Shown here: positions 13,085-24,859 of the stretch, piece after piece
Position numbering within the stretch: the first letter of the stretch is position 1
How the letters are laid out: every line of letters begins with the position of its first letter
From: Macrostomum lignano
Taxonomy: Eukaryota
Reading direction: 5' to 3'
Assembly: GCA_002269645.1 (NCBI GenBank)
Contig: NIVC01001455.1
Coordinates: forward strand, 1 to 52,227
Length of the DNA: 52,227 bases
The notes under the pieces: generated by a model
Told to the model about the DNA's origin: nothing
The model's input: only the letters and a program-made list of their open reading frames with translations
Databases searched by the model: none
Translations under genes and position numbers: made by a program

Positions 13085-16000
13085 TCCACCTATCTATATA
13101 TCAATCAATCTATTATCTATCTATCTATTATCCATCTCTATCTATCTATCTAGCATCCCGCACTCCTCAAATCGCAGGCGTGGCGCAGCCGCTACTCAGA
13201 GCTGAAGCAGCAGCACTGCATCGACATCAGCAAGCTGAGCCGATCTCCCGACAGCCAAGCAACCGACCTGCGGGTGCACAATCCGCTGTCGCAGGACAGC
13301 CGCAGTCCCTGGTACAGATTCTTTCGCAGCGAAGAGACTCGCCACATCATCTATCAGGACGTGAGGCGCACCTTCCCAGAAATTCAATACTTTCACGCGG
13401 CCGACGTGCAAGAGAAAATGATCTCAACTCTGTTCTGCTTTGCTCACACGTCTCCGCTGCTCTATAGACAGGGCATGCACGAGGTGCTGGCGCCGCTGCT
13501 GTTTGTGCTGCATTCGGATCAGCTGGCATTTCAGCACGCCTGCGAGTTGTACTCGGCGACCCCGCCTGTCATGGAGCTGGTTGGTCTGCTGCTGGATCCC
13601 GCCTATATTGAGCACGACGCCTTTGCCATGTTCTCACAGGTTTGGCTTGTCTGTGCTTTCTGGTTCATCCTAGGGTTTGTGGTGTAGGGTGTAAGGTTGG
13701 TGTAGGGTTTGTGGTGTAGGGTGTAGGGTTTGTGGTGTAGGGTGTAGGGTTTGTGGTGTAGGGTGCAGGGTGTAGGGTTGGTGTAGGGTGTAGAGTTTGT
13801 GTAGGGTTTGTGGTGTAGGGTGTAGGGTTGGTGTAGGGTGTAGGGTTTGTGGTGTAGGGTGTAGGGTTTGTGGTGTAGGGTGTAGGGTTTGTGGTGTAGG
13901 GTGCAGGGTGTAGGGTTGGTGTAGGGTGTAGAGTTTGTGTAGGATGTAGGGTTTGTGGTGTAGGGTGTAGGGTTGGTGTAGGGTGTAGGGTTTGTGGTGT
14001 AGGGTGTAGGGTTTGTGGTGTAGGGTGTAGGGTTGGTGTAGGATTTGTGGTGTAGGGTGTAGGGTTGGTGTAGGATTTGTGGTGTAAGGGTGTAGGGTTT
14101 GTGGTATAGGGTGTAGGGTTGGTGTAGGGTGTAGGGTTTGTGGTGTAGGGTGTAGGGTTGGTGTAGGATTTGTGGTGTAAGGGTGTAGGGTTTGTGGTGT
14201 AGGGTGCAGGGTGTAGGGTTGGTGTAGGGTGTAGAGTTTGTGTAGGGTGTAGGGTTTGTGGTGTAGGGTGTAGGGTGTAGAGTTTGTGTAGGGTGTAGGG
14301 TTTGTGGTGTAGGGTGCAGGGTGTAGGGTTGGTGTAGGGTGTAGAGTTTGTGTAGGGTGTAGGGTTTGTGGTGTAGGGTGTAGGGTTGGTGTAGGGTGTA
14401 GGGTTTGTGGTGTAGGGTGTAGGGTTTGTGGTGTAGGGTGTAGGGTTGGTGTAGGATTTGTGGTGTAAGGGTGTAGGGTTTGTGGTATAGGGTGTAGGGT
14501 TGGTGTAGGGTGTAGGGTTTGTGGTGTAGGGTGTAGGGTTGGTGTAGGGTGTAGGGTTTGTGGTGTAGGGTGTAGGGTTGGTGTAGGGTGTAGGATTTGT
14601 GGTGTAAGGGTGTAGGGTTTGTGGTGTAGGGTGCAGGGTGTAGGGTGTAGAGTTTGTGTAGGGTGTAGGGTTTGTGGTGTAGGGTGTAGGGTTTGTGGTG
14701 TAGGGTGTAGTGTTTGTGGTGTAGGGTGTAGGGTTTGTGGTGTAGGGTGTAGGGTTTGTGGTGTAGGGTGTAGGGTTTGTGGTGTAGGGTGTAGGGTTTG
14801 TGGTGTAGGGTGTAGGGTTTGTGGTGTAGGGTGTAGGGTTTGTGGTGTAGGGTGTAGGGTTTGTGGTGTAGGGTTTGTAGTGTAGGTGTAGGGTTTAGGT
14901 TGAGGGGTTCTGGTATAAGCTACCCCCCAGTTCAATCCTGATCTCCAACTCGCAGATCATGCGCGTGATCGAGCCCTGGTACACCGTGACGGAGCTCGAA
15001 CCCCCGGCCGGCAGGCTGGCAATCGAAAGCCAGGTCCCGTTCGCCAAGCCCGCCGAAGATCGCAACGGCAATCCCATTGTGGAGAAGCTGGCCACCATCG
15101 GGGAGCGAATACTTCGAGTGCACGATCTGGAGCTCTATCTGCACCTGGAGAAGCTGGAGGTGGCGCCTCATCTGTACGGCATCAGGTGGATGAGGCTGCT
15201 GTTTGGCCGGGAATTCCCTTTGCAGGACCTGCTAGTGGTCTGGGATGCTGTGTTCGCCGACGGCTACGATGCGGGCTTCGGTCTGGTTGACTACATCTTT
15301 GTTGCTATGCTGATCAATATCCGGTCACTGTTGCTTGCCAGCGATTTCAGCGGGGCGATGACCTACCTGATGCGCTATCCTCAGGGCTCGGATGTCAACT
15401 TTATCGTGTCGCTTGCCTATCACCTGCGGGCACCCGACGCCTATCCGAAGCCTAGTCTGACTGGATTTCAGGTTTCCTGCTGATGCCACTGATGATGTGC
15501 TTGTTTTCTTTAGGCTCACTCACTCCCCTTCTCCCTGTCTCACTCTCCTTCTCCCTGTCTCACTCCCCTTCTCCCTGTCTCACTCCTTTTCTCCCTGTCT
15601 CACTCCTCTTCTCCCTGTCTCACTCCCCTTCCTGTCTCACTCCTCTTCTCCCTGTCTTACTCCCTTCTCCCTGTCTCACTCCCCTTCTCCCTGTCTCACT
15701 CCTCTTCTCCCTGTCTCACTCCTCTTCTCCCTGTCTCACTCCCCTTCTCCCTGTCTCACTCCTCTTCTCCCTGTCTCACTCCCCTTCTTCCTGTCTCACT
15801 CCCCTTCTCCCTGTCTCAATCCCCTTCTCCCTGTCTCACTCCTCTTCTCCCTGTCTCACTCCCACCCTTCCTGTCCTTTTCCTTTTGCCCATCTATTCTC
15901 CCAAATTCGCTGTCTCTTCTCTTTCCTTATTATCTACCTCTTCCTGTGCCCGTCACCCTCTTCCTAGACCAAACAAGCCCAATATATAATATTTATATTA

Positions 16001-17880
16001 CCTACTTATTCGCCAACATATTCGCAGGGGCTGTACATGCAGAAGCGTCGCAGACACGCCGGCGGCGGCGGCGGCCGCTCAGCCCACCGATCGTCGGGCA
16101 ATCGCTATCACACCGTGGGCATCGACACCAGCTCTTTGCGCGCCGCTATCCAACGTATCGGCAGTCAGGAGAGTCTGCAGCAGCAACAGCAGCAGCAGAA
16201 ACAACAACCGCAGGATACCATCGAGACATCTGCATCTGCATCTGCTCTGCTTAGAATTGGGTTTGTGACCCTTGCCTATCGGGATTACTTAACCATGGGT
16301 ATACGGATGATGAGGCGTCAAAATATTTAGATGAGGCTGCATCGAGTTATATAGATGAGGCTTCGACATCTATAGATGAGGCTTCAAAATCTATAGATGA
16401 GGCTTCAAATCTATAGATGAGTCTTCAAAATCTATAAATAAGGCTTTCAATCTATAGTTGAGGCTTCGAAATCTATAGATGAGTCTTCAAAATCTATAGA
16501 TGAGTCTTCAAATCTATAGATGAGTCTTCAAAATCTATAGATGAGTCTTCAAAATCTATAGATGAGTCTTCAAAATCTATAGATGAGTCTTCAAAATCTA
16601 TAGATGAGTCTTCAAAATCTATAAATAAGGCTTTCAATCTATAGTTGAGGCTTCGAAATCTATAGTTGAGGCTTCGAAATCTATAGATAAGACTTCAAAT
16701 CTATAGATGAGGCTTCAAAATCTATAGATGAGTCTTCAAAATCTATAGATGAGTCTTCAAAATCTATAGATAAGGCTTTCAAATCTATAGATGAGGCTTC
16801 AGAATCTATAGTTGAGGCTTCGAAATCTATAGATAAGACTTCAAATCTATAGATGAGGCTTCAAAATCTATAGATGAGTCTTCAAAATCTATAGATAAGG
16901 CTTTCAATCTATAGTTGAGGCTTCGAAATCTATAGTTGAGGCTTCGAAATCTATAGATAAGACTTCAAATCTATAGATGAGGCTTCAAAATCTATAGATG
17001 AGTCTTCAAAATCTATAGATGAGTCTTCAAAATCTATAGATAAGGCTTTCAAATCTATAGATGAGGCTTCAGAATCTATAGTTGAGGCTTCGAAATCTAT
17101 AGATAAGACTTCAAATCTATAGATGAGGCTTCAAAATCTATAGATGAGTCTTCAAAATCTATAGATAAGGCTTTCAAATCTATAGTTGAGGCTTCGAAAT
17201 CTATAGATAAGACTTCAAATCTATTGATGAGGCTTCAGAATCTATAGATAAGGCATCAACATCTATAGATGAGGTTTCAAATCTTTAGATAAGGCTTTAA
17301 AATCTATAGATGAGGCTTAAAAATCTATAGATAAGGCTTCAAATCTATAGGTGAGGCTTCGAAGTTTATAGGTGAGGCTTCGAAATCTATAGATAAGGCA
17401 TCAATTTCTATACGTAAGGTATAAAATTCTATAGATGAGTCTTCAAAATGTAGAGATGAAGCTTCAACTTTAATAGATTAGGCATCAAATTCAATAAATG
17501 AGACTTCAAATTCTATAGATGAAGCATTGAATTCTACAGTTAAGGCCTCAAATTCTGTATATGATTCTTCAGAATCTAACGGCAGAAGTTTCAAAGTCTG
17601 TTGATAACTTTCCGAAATTTGCAAATGCTGTTTCAAAAATTTTCTACGTAAAAATTTCATACTATTATTCAGGTTAAAAAGTACTCAGGCACAAATATGT
17701 TACAATATGCACTTTTATCTAACGCGCATTGCAGAAGTTTTGTCAGCAGCAAGTCCCACTCTGTTGCGGAGCAGGCCCAGCAGCAGAAGCAGCAATCTCA
17801 ACCTAGCAACCACCGGCCAAGCTCTTTGATCTTCGGTTTCTCCCGCGAGGACAGCCAGCAGAATCTGCTGCACCACCAGC

Positions 17881-17911
<31 letters not shown>

Positions 17912-19117
17912 ACTGCAACTGCAGCATCAGAATTCTTCATCTTCCACGGCTTCAAACAGCGCCAATTCTGGCGGTGCCGCTCAACAGCCGGTCGGTCCGG
18001 AGCAGCCGTTGAAGGTGATCGCCGAGCCGACTTTTAGCGCGCCATCGACACCGCTGGATCCTGGCGGCTATCTTCCCAGATCCCATATTCGCTATAGGAG
18101 TCGACGGACCGGCAAACGCCAGCAGTCGCAGCTGTCATCCGGTGGCACTCCGGCGGATTCCGACGATCCAAACTTTCGCGACTTTGCCGAGATCACCCTG
18201 CCGGACGAGCGGTTGGCTCGTCAACGTCAGACGGAATCGCTGCTGGCCATGTGCCGCTCCTGCGGCGAATGCCTTCAGGCTAGCATTCTGACGCTGCAGA
18301 GCTGCGCCAAGAGTGCCGGCTGTTCAGCAGCGGAGCAGCGTCGAATTGAACAGAGCGTGGCCGGGTTGAAGCACGTGCGCGATCTGCTGACTGGTGAGCT
18401 GCGTTGTGACGTTTGAAGGTCAAGCGTCTGTGAAGTAACTTATGAAGGTCAAGGTGCAGGGTAACTTTTGAAGGTCCCGCTGAAGTGTAACTTAAGGTCA
18501 AGCTGTAGAAACCCGAGTAACTTATGAAGGTCAAGCTGTAGAAACCAGGGTAACTTATGAAGGTCAAGCTGTAGAAACCAGGGTAACTTATGAAGGTCAA
18601 GCTGTAGAAACCCGGGTCGGGTAACTTATGAAGGTCAAGCTGTAGGAACCCGGGTAACTTATGAATGTCAAGCTGCAGGAACCCGGGTAACTTATGAAGG
18701 TCATGCTGCAGGAACCCGGGTAACTTATGAAGGTCATGCTGCTGGAACCCGGGTAACTTATGAAGGTCAAGCTGCAGGAACCCGGGTAACTTATGAAGGT
18801 CAAGCTGCAGGAACCCGGGTAAACTAACTTATAAAGTTCGAAATACAGAGAGGGTGACGAGAAATGAATTTGAATTATATACAATATTTATTGCTTTACA
18901 CTCAAACGCATCAGGCAAGCTGCCATTCGACCCAGCAACAATGCAACAGCAAATCGTCGATGCAATGGCTCTAGCCAATTCCGCTGTATCTCAACAGCAA
19001 GCAGCCGCTGCTGTGACCCCGACACCAGCAGCTGATCAGGAGACCGAAATGACGCCTGTCCCCGCCCAGAGACCCGTGTTCACCTTTGCTGCCGATGATT
19101 ATAATAACGATTATTGA
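11826..19117 (+). CDS. TBC1D5: TBC1 domain family member 5 (Rab7 GAP, retromer-associated). Exons 11826-12398, 13178-13639, 14956-15471, 16028-16260, 17735-18393, 18915-19117; in-frame TAG at 17892-17894
   Basis: Motifs [78 protein letters not shown] and C-terminal [12 protein letters not shown]|KLPF. All five introns are GT-AG and phase-compatible; 2646 nt (882 codons). Start codon and exon 4/5 boundary are less certain. Confidence 0.9.
12445..13152. repeat. (TCTA)n microsatellite in TBC1D5 intron 1
   Basis: TCTA runs with TCTG and TCCA variants. Confidence 0.97.
13672..14900. repeat. G-rich 7/21-bp minisatellite (GTAGGGTTTGTGGTGTAGGGT) in TBC1D5 intron 2
   Basis: The TPQTLHP 7-aa periodicity on the minus strand equals 21 bp. 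Confidence 0.95.
15515..15870. repeat. 20-bp pyrimidine minisatellite (CTCACTCCCCTTCTCCCTGT) in TBC1D5 intron 3
   Basis: Direct reading; 20-bp period. Confidence 0.95.
16330..17530. repeat. ~21-bp minisatellite (ATCTATAGATGAGTCTTCAAA) in TBC1D5 intron 4
   Basis: Palindromic ATCTATAGAT core; internal 270-bp duplication (markers 16631/16901 and 16801/17071); degenerate edges. Confidence 0.95.
18415..18830. repeat. 33-bp minisatellite (GTAACTTATGAAGGTCAAGCTGCAGGAACCCGG) in TBC1D5 intron 5
   Basis: 11-aa periodicity of the minus-strand ORF; direct reading. Confidence 0.93.
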
Positions 19118-19314
19118 TTTATTGATTGATTGATGACTGAGGAACTGTCTTGGGCTTTGGTTGTGTCTGAAGTATGTTTAGTTTGCTTGCTTGCTGTAGT
19201 TATATATAATGTATATTCATAAATCTGGTTGAGTTATTTTTTACGGTGTTATTGTTAAACTATTTGCCCTTGTTTAGTTGTTTGCTAGGACAGTGATTCT
19301 CTGATTGCAGAATC

Positions 19315-20065
19315 GCCCTCTGTCCTTTAATTACACCTGAGGCATGGCCCTCTATCCTTTAATTACACCTGAGGAATGGCCCTCTATCCTTTAATTACAC
19401 CTGAGGAATAACCCTCTATCCTTTAATTACACCTGGGGAATAACCCTCTATCCTTTAATTACACCTGAGGAATAACCCTCTATCCTTTAATTATACCTGA
19501 GGAATGGCCCTCTATCCTTTAATTACACCTGAGGAATGGCCCTCTATCCTTTAATTATACCTGAGGAATGGCCCTCTATCCTTTAATTACACCTGAGGAA
19601 TAACCCTCTATCCTTTAATTACACCTGAGGAATGGCCCTCTATCCTTTAATTACACCTGAGGAATAACCCTCTATCCTTTAATTACACCTGGGGAATAAC
19701 CCTCTATCCTTTAATTACACCTGAGGAATGGCCCTCTATCCTTTAATTACACCTGAGGAATAACCCTCTATCCTTTAATTACACCTGAGGAATGGCCCTC
19801 TATCCTTTAATTACACCTGAGGAATAACCCTCTATCCTTTAATTACACCTGGGGAATAACCCTCTGTCCTTTAATTACACCTGAGGCATGGCCCTCTATC
19901 CTTTAATTACACCTGGGGAATGGCCCTCTATCCTTTAATTACACCTGAGGAATAACCCTCTATCCTTTAATTACACCTGGGGAATGGCCCTCTATCCTTT
20001 AATTACACCTGAGGAATGGCCCTCTATCCTTTAATTACACCTGGGGAATGGCCCTCTATCCTTTA
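19315..20065. repeat. 32-bp minisatellite (CCTCTATCCTTTAATTACACCTGAGGAATGGC) downstream of the TBC1D5 stop
   Basis: Period measured 19324 to 19356; about 23 copies. Confidence 0.95.
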
Positions 20066-20984
20066 TAATGCCAATATGTTGCTGCTATCTGTGACCTCTC
20101 TATTCCAGATCTGCGCTAAGCTGACTGACAAGCATAATTTATCATTATGTGTTTACTGTCATATATTTCATTCCTTCAAACTTTTGCACAATAAGAACTT
20201 GTTCTGTTTTTTTTGTTTAAATGCACTATTCTATAGTTCAGTCTTACACACACGGTGCCTGCTGCCTTGTTAAAACTCATTTCGAATTTTATTTATAAAC
20301 TTATTTTCCTATATTGTTTTTTTTGCAGATGCAGATTGATACTACTATAAATAGTCTGCTAGGATTGACAGTGTACAAAGCGTCGTGTTATTTTTCTATG
20401 TTTAATGAGCAGCTTCAAAGATATTTATATGCTTTAATATGATTATTATAATAGATTGAGCGCTTCCTGATGCACAAAAATATTGCGATATAAATTCTAG
20501 TGAATCGGTTTCTCATTAACATTGTCATAGATTGCTTAGATTTAATATTAATATTTACTATTACTAATGGTATTTTCGATGATATTCCATGGCCCCTCAG
20601 CTAGTCAAAATCATTGTTCGAGTTTCCATTGTTTATCACTTTTTTTCTTTCCGCTTTTTTGTTTGATCAATAATTTCCATTCAATCCGCACAAGGCGTAT
20701 GCATATTTATCTTACTTTAGTGTACTCTTAAGTGTCTACCTGTCTGTCACCTTGATTAGATTATTTTCTATTAGTATTTAATCTTGCCTTTCCGCGCGGT
20801 GTCAGTTTGTCAATCAATATGCAAAAAAGACATAATAAATGATTATAAAATTGTTATTTTGTTTTCATTTCTAAAAGCAGACAAAAATATGGAATTTAAA
20901 ACGTGTGTTACAGGTCTTATAATTAATTATTTAATTGGACATTTTCTGCTCTTTCAGGAAATCTAGCGGAACCTGTTAGCAGAA

Positions 20985-23593
20985 ATGCACTTTCTAGTGT
21001 TGTTCTCTGTGGCTCTGCTGCACCTGTTGATTGCTCCGTACACCAAAGTTGAAGAGAGCTTCAACATACAGGCTGTGCACGACATCCTGTATCACGGCTG
21101 CAATTTCACTTCGGTGAGTGAGCCACCTGTTTTCCCAATTGGGATCACCTGGTCTGTTGTCTTCTCGGTTGGGATCACGAGTTTAACAAATCCATTTCCT
21201 TAACATTGGGATAACGATTCCCCAGTTTGGGATAACGATTCCCCAGTTTGGGATAACTATTCTCCAGTTTGGGATAACTATTCTCCAGTTTGGGATAACT
21301 ATTCCCCAGTTTGGGATAACTATTCCCCAGGTTGGGATAACTATTCCCCAGTTTTGGGATAACTATTCCCCAGTTTGGGATAACTATTCCCCAGTTTGGG
21401 ATAACTATTCCCCAGTTTGGGATAACTATTCCCTAGTTTGGGATAACTAGTTGGGATAACTAGTCCTCAATTTAGGAGAAGTATTCCCCAGTTTGGGATA
21501 ACTATTCCTCAGGTTGGAATAACTTTTTTATTTTGGGATTCAATGGCGATATAAAGACTTTTATTTTTGGGTTCCCCGTTTCGGGATTCCAAAATTTGGA
21601 TTCCCCATTTTAAGATTCTTTTTGGGATTCCCTATTTTGGGATAATCATTCCCTATTTTGGGACTTAATGGTGACTTAAATACATTTATTTTTGGATTCC
21701 CCATTTCAGAATTCCCAATCTTGGAATTCCGCATCTTGAGATTCCCCATTTTGGGATTCCCTATCTTGGGATTTCCCATCTTGGGATTTCCCATCTTGGT
21801 ATCTCCCATTTTGGGATTCCCCATCTTGGGATTCCCAATCTTGGGATTCCCAATCTTGGGATTTCCATCTTGGGATTTCCCATCTTAGGATTTTCCATTT
21901 AAGGATTCCCAATTTTGCGATTCCCTATCTTATGACAACTATCTTAGCCTATGCGCCGGCTTAAATCGCTAATCCGCTGTCGTTCTCCCATCCTAGTATG
22001 ATCACCAGTCATTCCCAGGCCCCGTGCCTCGCACCTTCATCGGTCCATTGAGCCTGGCAACCGCAACTTGGCCTCTGTCGCTGCTGCTGCTGCTGCGGGA
22101 CCGTCACAGCTGGTGGGTGATGCTCTACGCTGTCAGATGCACACTGGCCGCCCTGCTCTGCTGGTCGCTAACCGCCTACACTCGTTCAGTTGGCCAAGTT
22201 TTTGGTCGATCGGCCGCTAATTTTCTAGTAGCCATCTTGGCCAGCCAGTTTCATGTGCTGTTCTACGCGTCCAGGCCGCTGCCGAATGTGTTCGGGATGG
22301 CGCTGGTTATGCAGGCCGCGGCGCAACTGTTTCAGGGGCGCTACGGAGGCTTCATAGCCTGGAGCGGGGCGGCTATAGTGCTGTTTAGAAGCGAATTGGC
22401 TATGCTGTGCGGTCCAGCTTTGATCTATTTGTTAGTTACTAGGCGACTTTGATTTCGAGATGCTGCTAAAGTTGCCGCAACTACTGGACTGGCCTGTCTT
22501 GGTGCGTTTCTATTATTGATGATTTTTGCTTTAGGAATCATTTCCACTCATGAGAAATCATCTCCACCCATGAGAACTTATTTCCATCCATGAGAAATCA
22601 TTTCTATCCATGAGAAATCATTTCCACTCATGAGAAATAATTTCTATCCATGAGAAATCATTCCCACTCATGAGAAATCATTTCTATTCATGAGAAATCA
22701 TTTCTATTCATGAGAAATCATTTCTATTCATGAGAAATCATTCCCACTCATGAGAAATCATTCCCACTCATGAGAAATCATATCTATCCATGAGAAATCA
22801 TTCACAGTCATGAGAAATCATTCACACATGAGAAATCATTTCCACTCATGAGAAATCATTTCTATCCATGAGAAATCATTTCCACTCATGATAAATCATT
22901 CCCACTCATGAGAAATCATTTTCACTCATGATAAATCATTTTCACTCATGAGAAATCATTTTCACTCATGAGAAATCATCTCCCACTCATGAGAATTCAT
23001 CTTCACTCATGAGAAATCATTCCAACTCATGAAAAATCATTCCTACCCACCTCAAATCTCCAGCCGCCACCGTGGCCATCGATTCGCTGTTCTGGGGCCG
23101 GCCGGTGTGGCCAGAGCTGGAGGTGTTTCTCTTCAACACGGTGCAGAATCGGAGCTCCCACTGGGGCACCCAGCCATTCCTTTGGTATTTTTATTCAGCC
23201 CTGCCTCGCTGCCTGCTTCTGTCCGGCCTGTTCCTACCGCTGGCGGCTTATCTCAATCGTAGAACTCGACCAATCATAGCCGGCTGTTTAGTCTTTGTCC
23301 TGCTGTACAGCTGCCTGCCGCACAAAGAGCTCCGATTTGTGCTGTACATTGTGCCGCTGTTGAACACCCCGACTGCCTGGCTGTGCGCAGCTATTTTTAG
23401 TAACAGAAGGAAATCCTTCGCTTGGCGCTGCCTCGGGTGGCTGGTAGCTGCTCACTTGGCCGCTAATCTGGCTGCTACCGGCCTCATGGCCTGGGCCGCG
23501 GCTTGGAACTATCCCGGTGGACAGGTGGGCTGGATGACTAGGCTGTTGATGGCAGGCTTTATCAATGCTTCCGTGTGTCTAGATTTAGTCTGC

Positions 23594-23672
<79 letters not shown>

Positions 23673-23678
23673 TTCTGG

Positions 23679-23773
<95 letters not shown>

Positions 23774-23777
23774 TGAC

Positions 23778-23810
<33 letters not shown>

Positions 23811-23870
23811 TTCTGGTGTCTGTCTGTCTGTCTGTCTGTCTCTGTCTGGCTGTCTGTCTGTCTGTCTGCC

Positions 23871-23921
<51 letters not shown>

Positions 23922-23960
23922 TGACTGTCTGTCTGTCTGTCTGTCTGTCTGTCTTTCTGG

Positions 23961-24027
<67 letters not shown>

Positions 24028-24104
24028 TGACTGTCTGTCTGTCTGTCTGTCTGGTGTCTGTCTGTCTGTCTGTCTGTCTCTGTCTGGCTGTCTGTCTGTC
24101 TGCC

Positions 24105-24144
<40 letters not shown>

Positions 24145-24224
24145 GGTCTGTCTGTTGACTGTCTGTCTGTCTGTCTGTCTGTCTGTCTTTCTGGTGTCTG
24201 TCTGTCTGTCTGTCTCTGTCTGGC

Positions 24225-24280
<56 letters not shown>

Positions 24281-24796
24281 CAGCTAGCTAATAGTCAGTC
24301 GGTTACTCCACGTTGTTTCCATAGCAGTTTCAGAAAATCTATCTGTTTAGGACCTACCAAAGTTTGATAATACACATTTCGACTCCACTGCTCCCTTGCA
24401 TTGCAGGCAATGTGGGATCTGCACTTCACTCATCTGCGCCACCTTTGTCCCAGGGGTACAACTAGAAGTCCCAGAGTCAGCAGCAGCAGCTGCCACATCC
24501 ACATAGGCAACCTTGCTGCTCAGACTGGAGCGATAAGATTCCTTGAACTGCTCGATTCATCAGTCTGTCGCTATAATAAAACTGAAGGACTCACTGAGTT
24601 ATCCAATTTTCGACCATTTAGCCACCTGCTGATTGAGCCAGATTTTGCTGAGTCCACTGGACTCAATCAGATTTGCAGAGTGCTGGCCAATTACAGCCTG
24701 TTTGATGGCTTCAATCTTAAAGGAGTTTTGGGCACCGGAGACTGGAGGCGACTGCTGCGACTAAAACCTGCTCTGCTACTGCTGGAGAAACTATGA
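20985..24796 (+). CDS. ALG12: Dol-P-Man alpha-1,6-mannosyltransferase ALG12. Exons 20985-21113, 21997-22501, 23064-23524, 24407-24796; in-frame TGA at 22450-22452
   Basis: Motifs [88 protein letters not shown]|AMWDLH. GT-AG introns are phase-compatible; 1485 nt (495 codons). Confidence 0.92.
21205..21505. repeat. 21-bp minisatellite (TTCCCCAGTTTGGGATAACTA) in ALG12 intron 1
   Basis: Period 21250 to 21271. Confidence 0.93.
21530..21930. repeat. 15-bp minisatellite (ATCTTGGGATTCCCC/A) in ALG12 intron 1
   Basis: ILGFP 5-aa periodicity; the variant TTGGGATTCCCAA is a near-perfect palindrome. Confidence 0.9.
22545..23040. repeat. 20-bp minisatellite (CATGAGAAATCATTTCCACT) in ALG12 intron 2
   Basis: Direct reading; 20-bp period. 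Confidence 0.95.
23590..24280. repeat. (TCTG)n microsatellite in ALG12 intron 3
   Basis: Direct reading. Confidence 0.97.
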
Positions 24797-24859
24797 TTCT
24801 GCTAACAGTTTACAGTTAAACAGTTTCGTTCGGAACCTTTAGTGCCTCAGTGCCTCACT

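Noticed and set aside
13672-14900. Interstitial telomere
   Set aside because: The unit is GTAGGGT/TTTGTG-based, not a run of TTAGGG; the resemblance is only partial.
13670-14935. 421-aa TPQTLHP ORF, and similar repeat ORFs at 4486-5256, 34097-35299, 1846-2263, 23575-24367 and the tail of 11826-13205
   Set aside because: They are translations of tandem arrays, mostly intronic or antisense; stop-free frames arise by chance in short units.
17892-22452. Stop-codon reassignment explaining both internal stops
   Set aside because: The internal stops are of different types (TAG and TGA). TGA terminates CUL3, TBC1D5 and ALG12, and TAG terminates the GPCR.
22450-22452. Selenocysteine in ALG12
   Set aside because: The aligned position is not a Cys or redox site, ALG12 is not a known selenoprotein family, and no SECIS was recognised by eye.
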